From a virus, in the IMG/VR virus record IMGVR_UViG_3300028840_003924, positions 32,001-96,000 of that record: 64,000 nucleotides of DNA, one strand, 5' to 3'. The position numbers were made by a program, and so were the translations under genes. Positions 63,426-64,000 of this stretch are shown one piece after another. The notes under the pieces were generated by a model that saw nothing but the letters and a program-made list of their open reading frames with translations, was not told the DNA's origin and searched no databases. Positions within the stretch are counted from its first letter, which is position 1. Every line of letters starts with the position of its first letter.

Positions 63426-64000
63426 ATGTTCAAAGATTGGTTAGTTCAAGAAGAAACGCATAAAAACAACATCATCAAAGTCGATGTCTTCGATTTTGAT
63501 GACACGCTGGTATTCACGCCCAGCGCCAAGAAAGCCAAAGACATCCTACACAAGCATAACGTCAAAGCCGCCATCGAGGGGACGGATATGATCCGTCCCC
63601 TCGATGGCCATTGCTTCTACTACGCCTACCAATCATTGGAGCCGCCTTTGGTTCCAGAACCGTGCCCCTGTTCCATGTTGAACCAAGGTGTCGCACAACA
63701 ATTCTACGCTTCTGCTGGCGATCCTAGGCGAATGACGGTCATTCTTACAGGCCGACCACCACATCTGGAAAAACACATCCGGCGTATCCTGGGAGACTTC
63801 AAGATGGAACCGAATCGTCTGGTCACCGTGCCCGTGACAAGTAGTACATTGCCAAAGAAGATCGAAGTGATTGCCCGGCTGCTCGACGAGTTCCCCAGTA
63901 CCGAAGAGGTGGAGATGTGGGATGATCGGGGTCCGCTGAAAGCCAAGCTCTATAACAAACCTGAAGAGAACCATATTAGTGAGTTCCGCAAGTTCCTCAC
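63426..64000 (+). CDS. HAD-family phosphatase (HAD_SAK_1-like) with capsid-targeting-like leader; runs off the window
   Basis: Manual translation MFKDWLVQEE...VDVFDFDDTLVFTP...VILTGR...KKIEVI...EMWDDR. Not in the ORF track. Confidence 0.8.
   Translation, partial: MFKDWLVQEETHKNNIIKVDVFDFDDTLVFTPSAKKAKDILHKHNVKAAIEGTDMIRPLDGHCFYYAYQSLEPPLVPEPCPCSMLNQGVAQQFYASAGDPRRMTVILTGRPPHLEKHIRRILGDFKMEPNRLVTVPVTSSTLPKKIEVIARLLDEFPSTEEVEMWDDRGPLKAKLYNKPEENHISEFRKFL

Noticed and set aside
1-64000. Stop-codon reassignment
   Set aside because: Long genes are intact in code 11, and TAA, TAG and TGA all end well-supported genes.

Overview
This 64-kb window is part of a large (jumbo/'huge') T4-like myophage genome in the standard genetic code. 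No rRNA, tRNA or CRISPR array was recognised. Packaging genes: an intein-containing gp20-type portal that runs off the left edge and is absent from the ORF track, and a gp17-type large terminase. A minus-strand contractile-tail/baseplate block lies at about 43-59 kb (tail-collar-like, gpI-like, gp6, gp25, gp5/VgrG, hub, gp53-like, tube initiator, tape measure, gp2-like). Also present are three related fibre/PKD proteins, primase, a PD-(D/E)XK nuclease, a DNA methyltransferase, a free-standing HNH endonuclease, several glycosyltransferase-like genes (one with a LAGLIDADG intein), an actin-fold ATPase, proteases, thioredoxin, and nucleotide-handling accessory genes (CYTH, WYL-like, macro, NDT-like, HAD). 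Three patterns stand out. (1) About a dozen unrelated proteins share an N-terminal M-x(1-3)-F-x-[ED]-[WFY]...x-E leader resembling the T4 capsid-targeting/prohead-protease propeptide, suggesting a dispersed set of packaged, injected effectors. (2) A sigma28/FliA-like promoter, TCAAG-N15-GCCGATA, occurs at seven gene starts, two of them apparently leaderless. (3) A phage actin-like ATPase sits inside a glycosyltransferase operon. Some accessory genes hint at a Planctomycetota/PVC host (inference). All family calls come from motif recognition by eye, not database searches.
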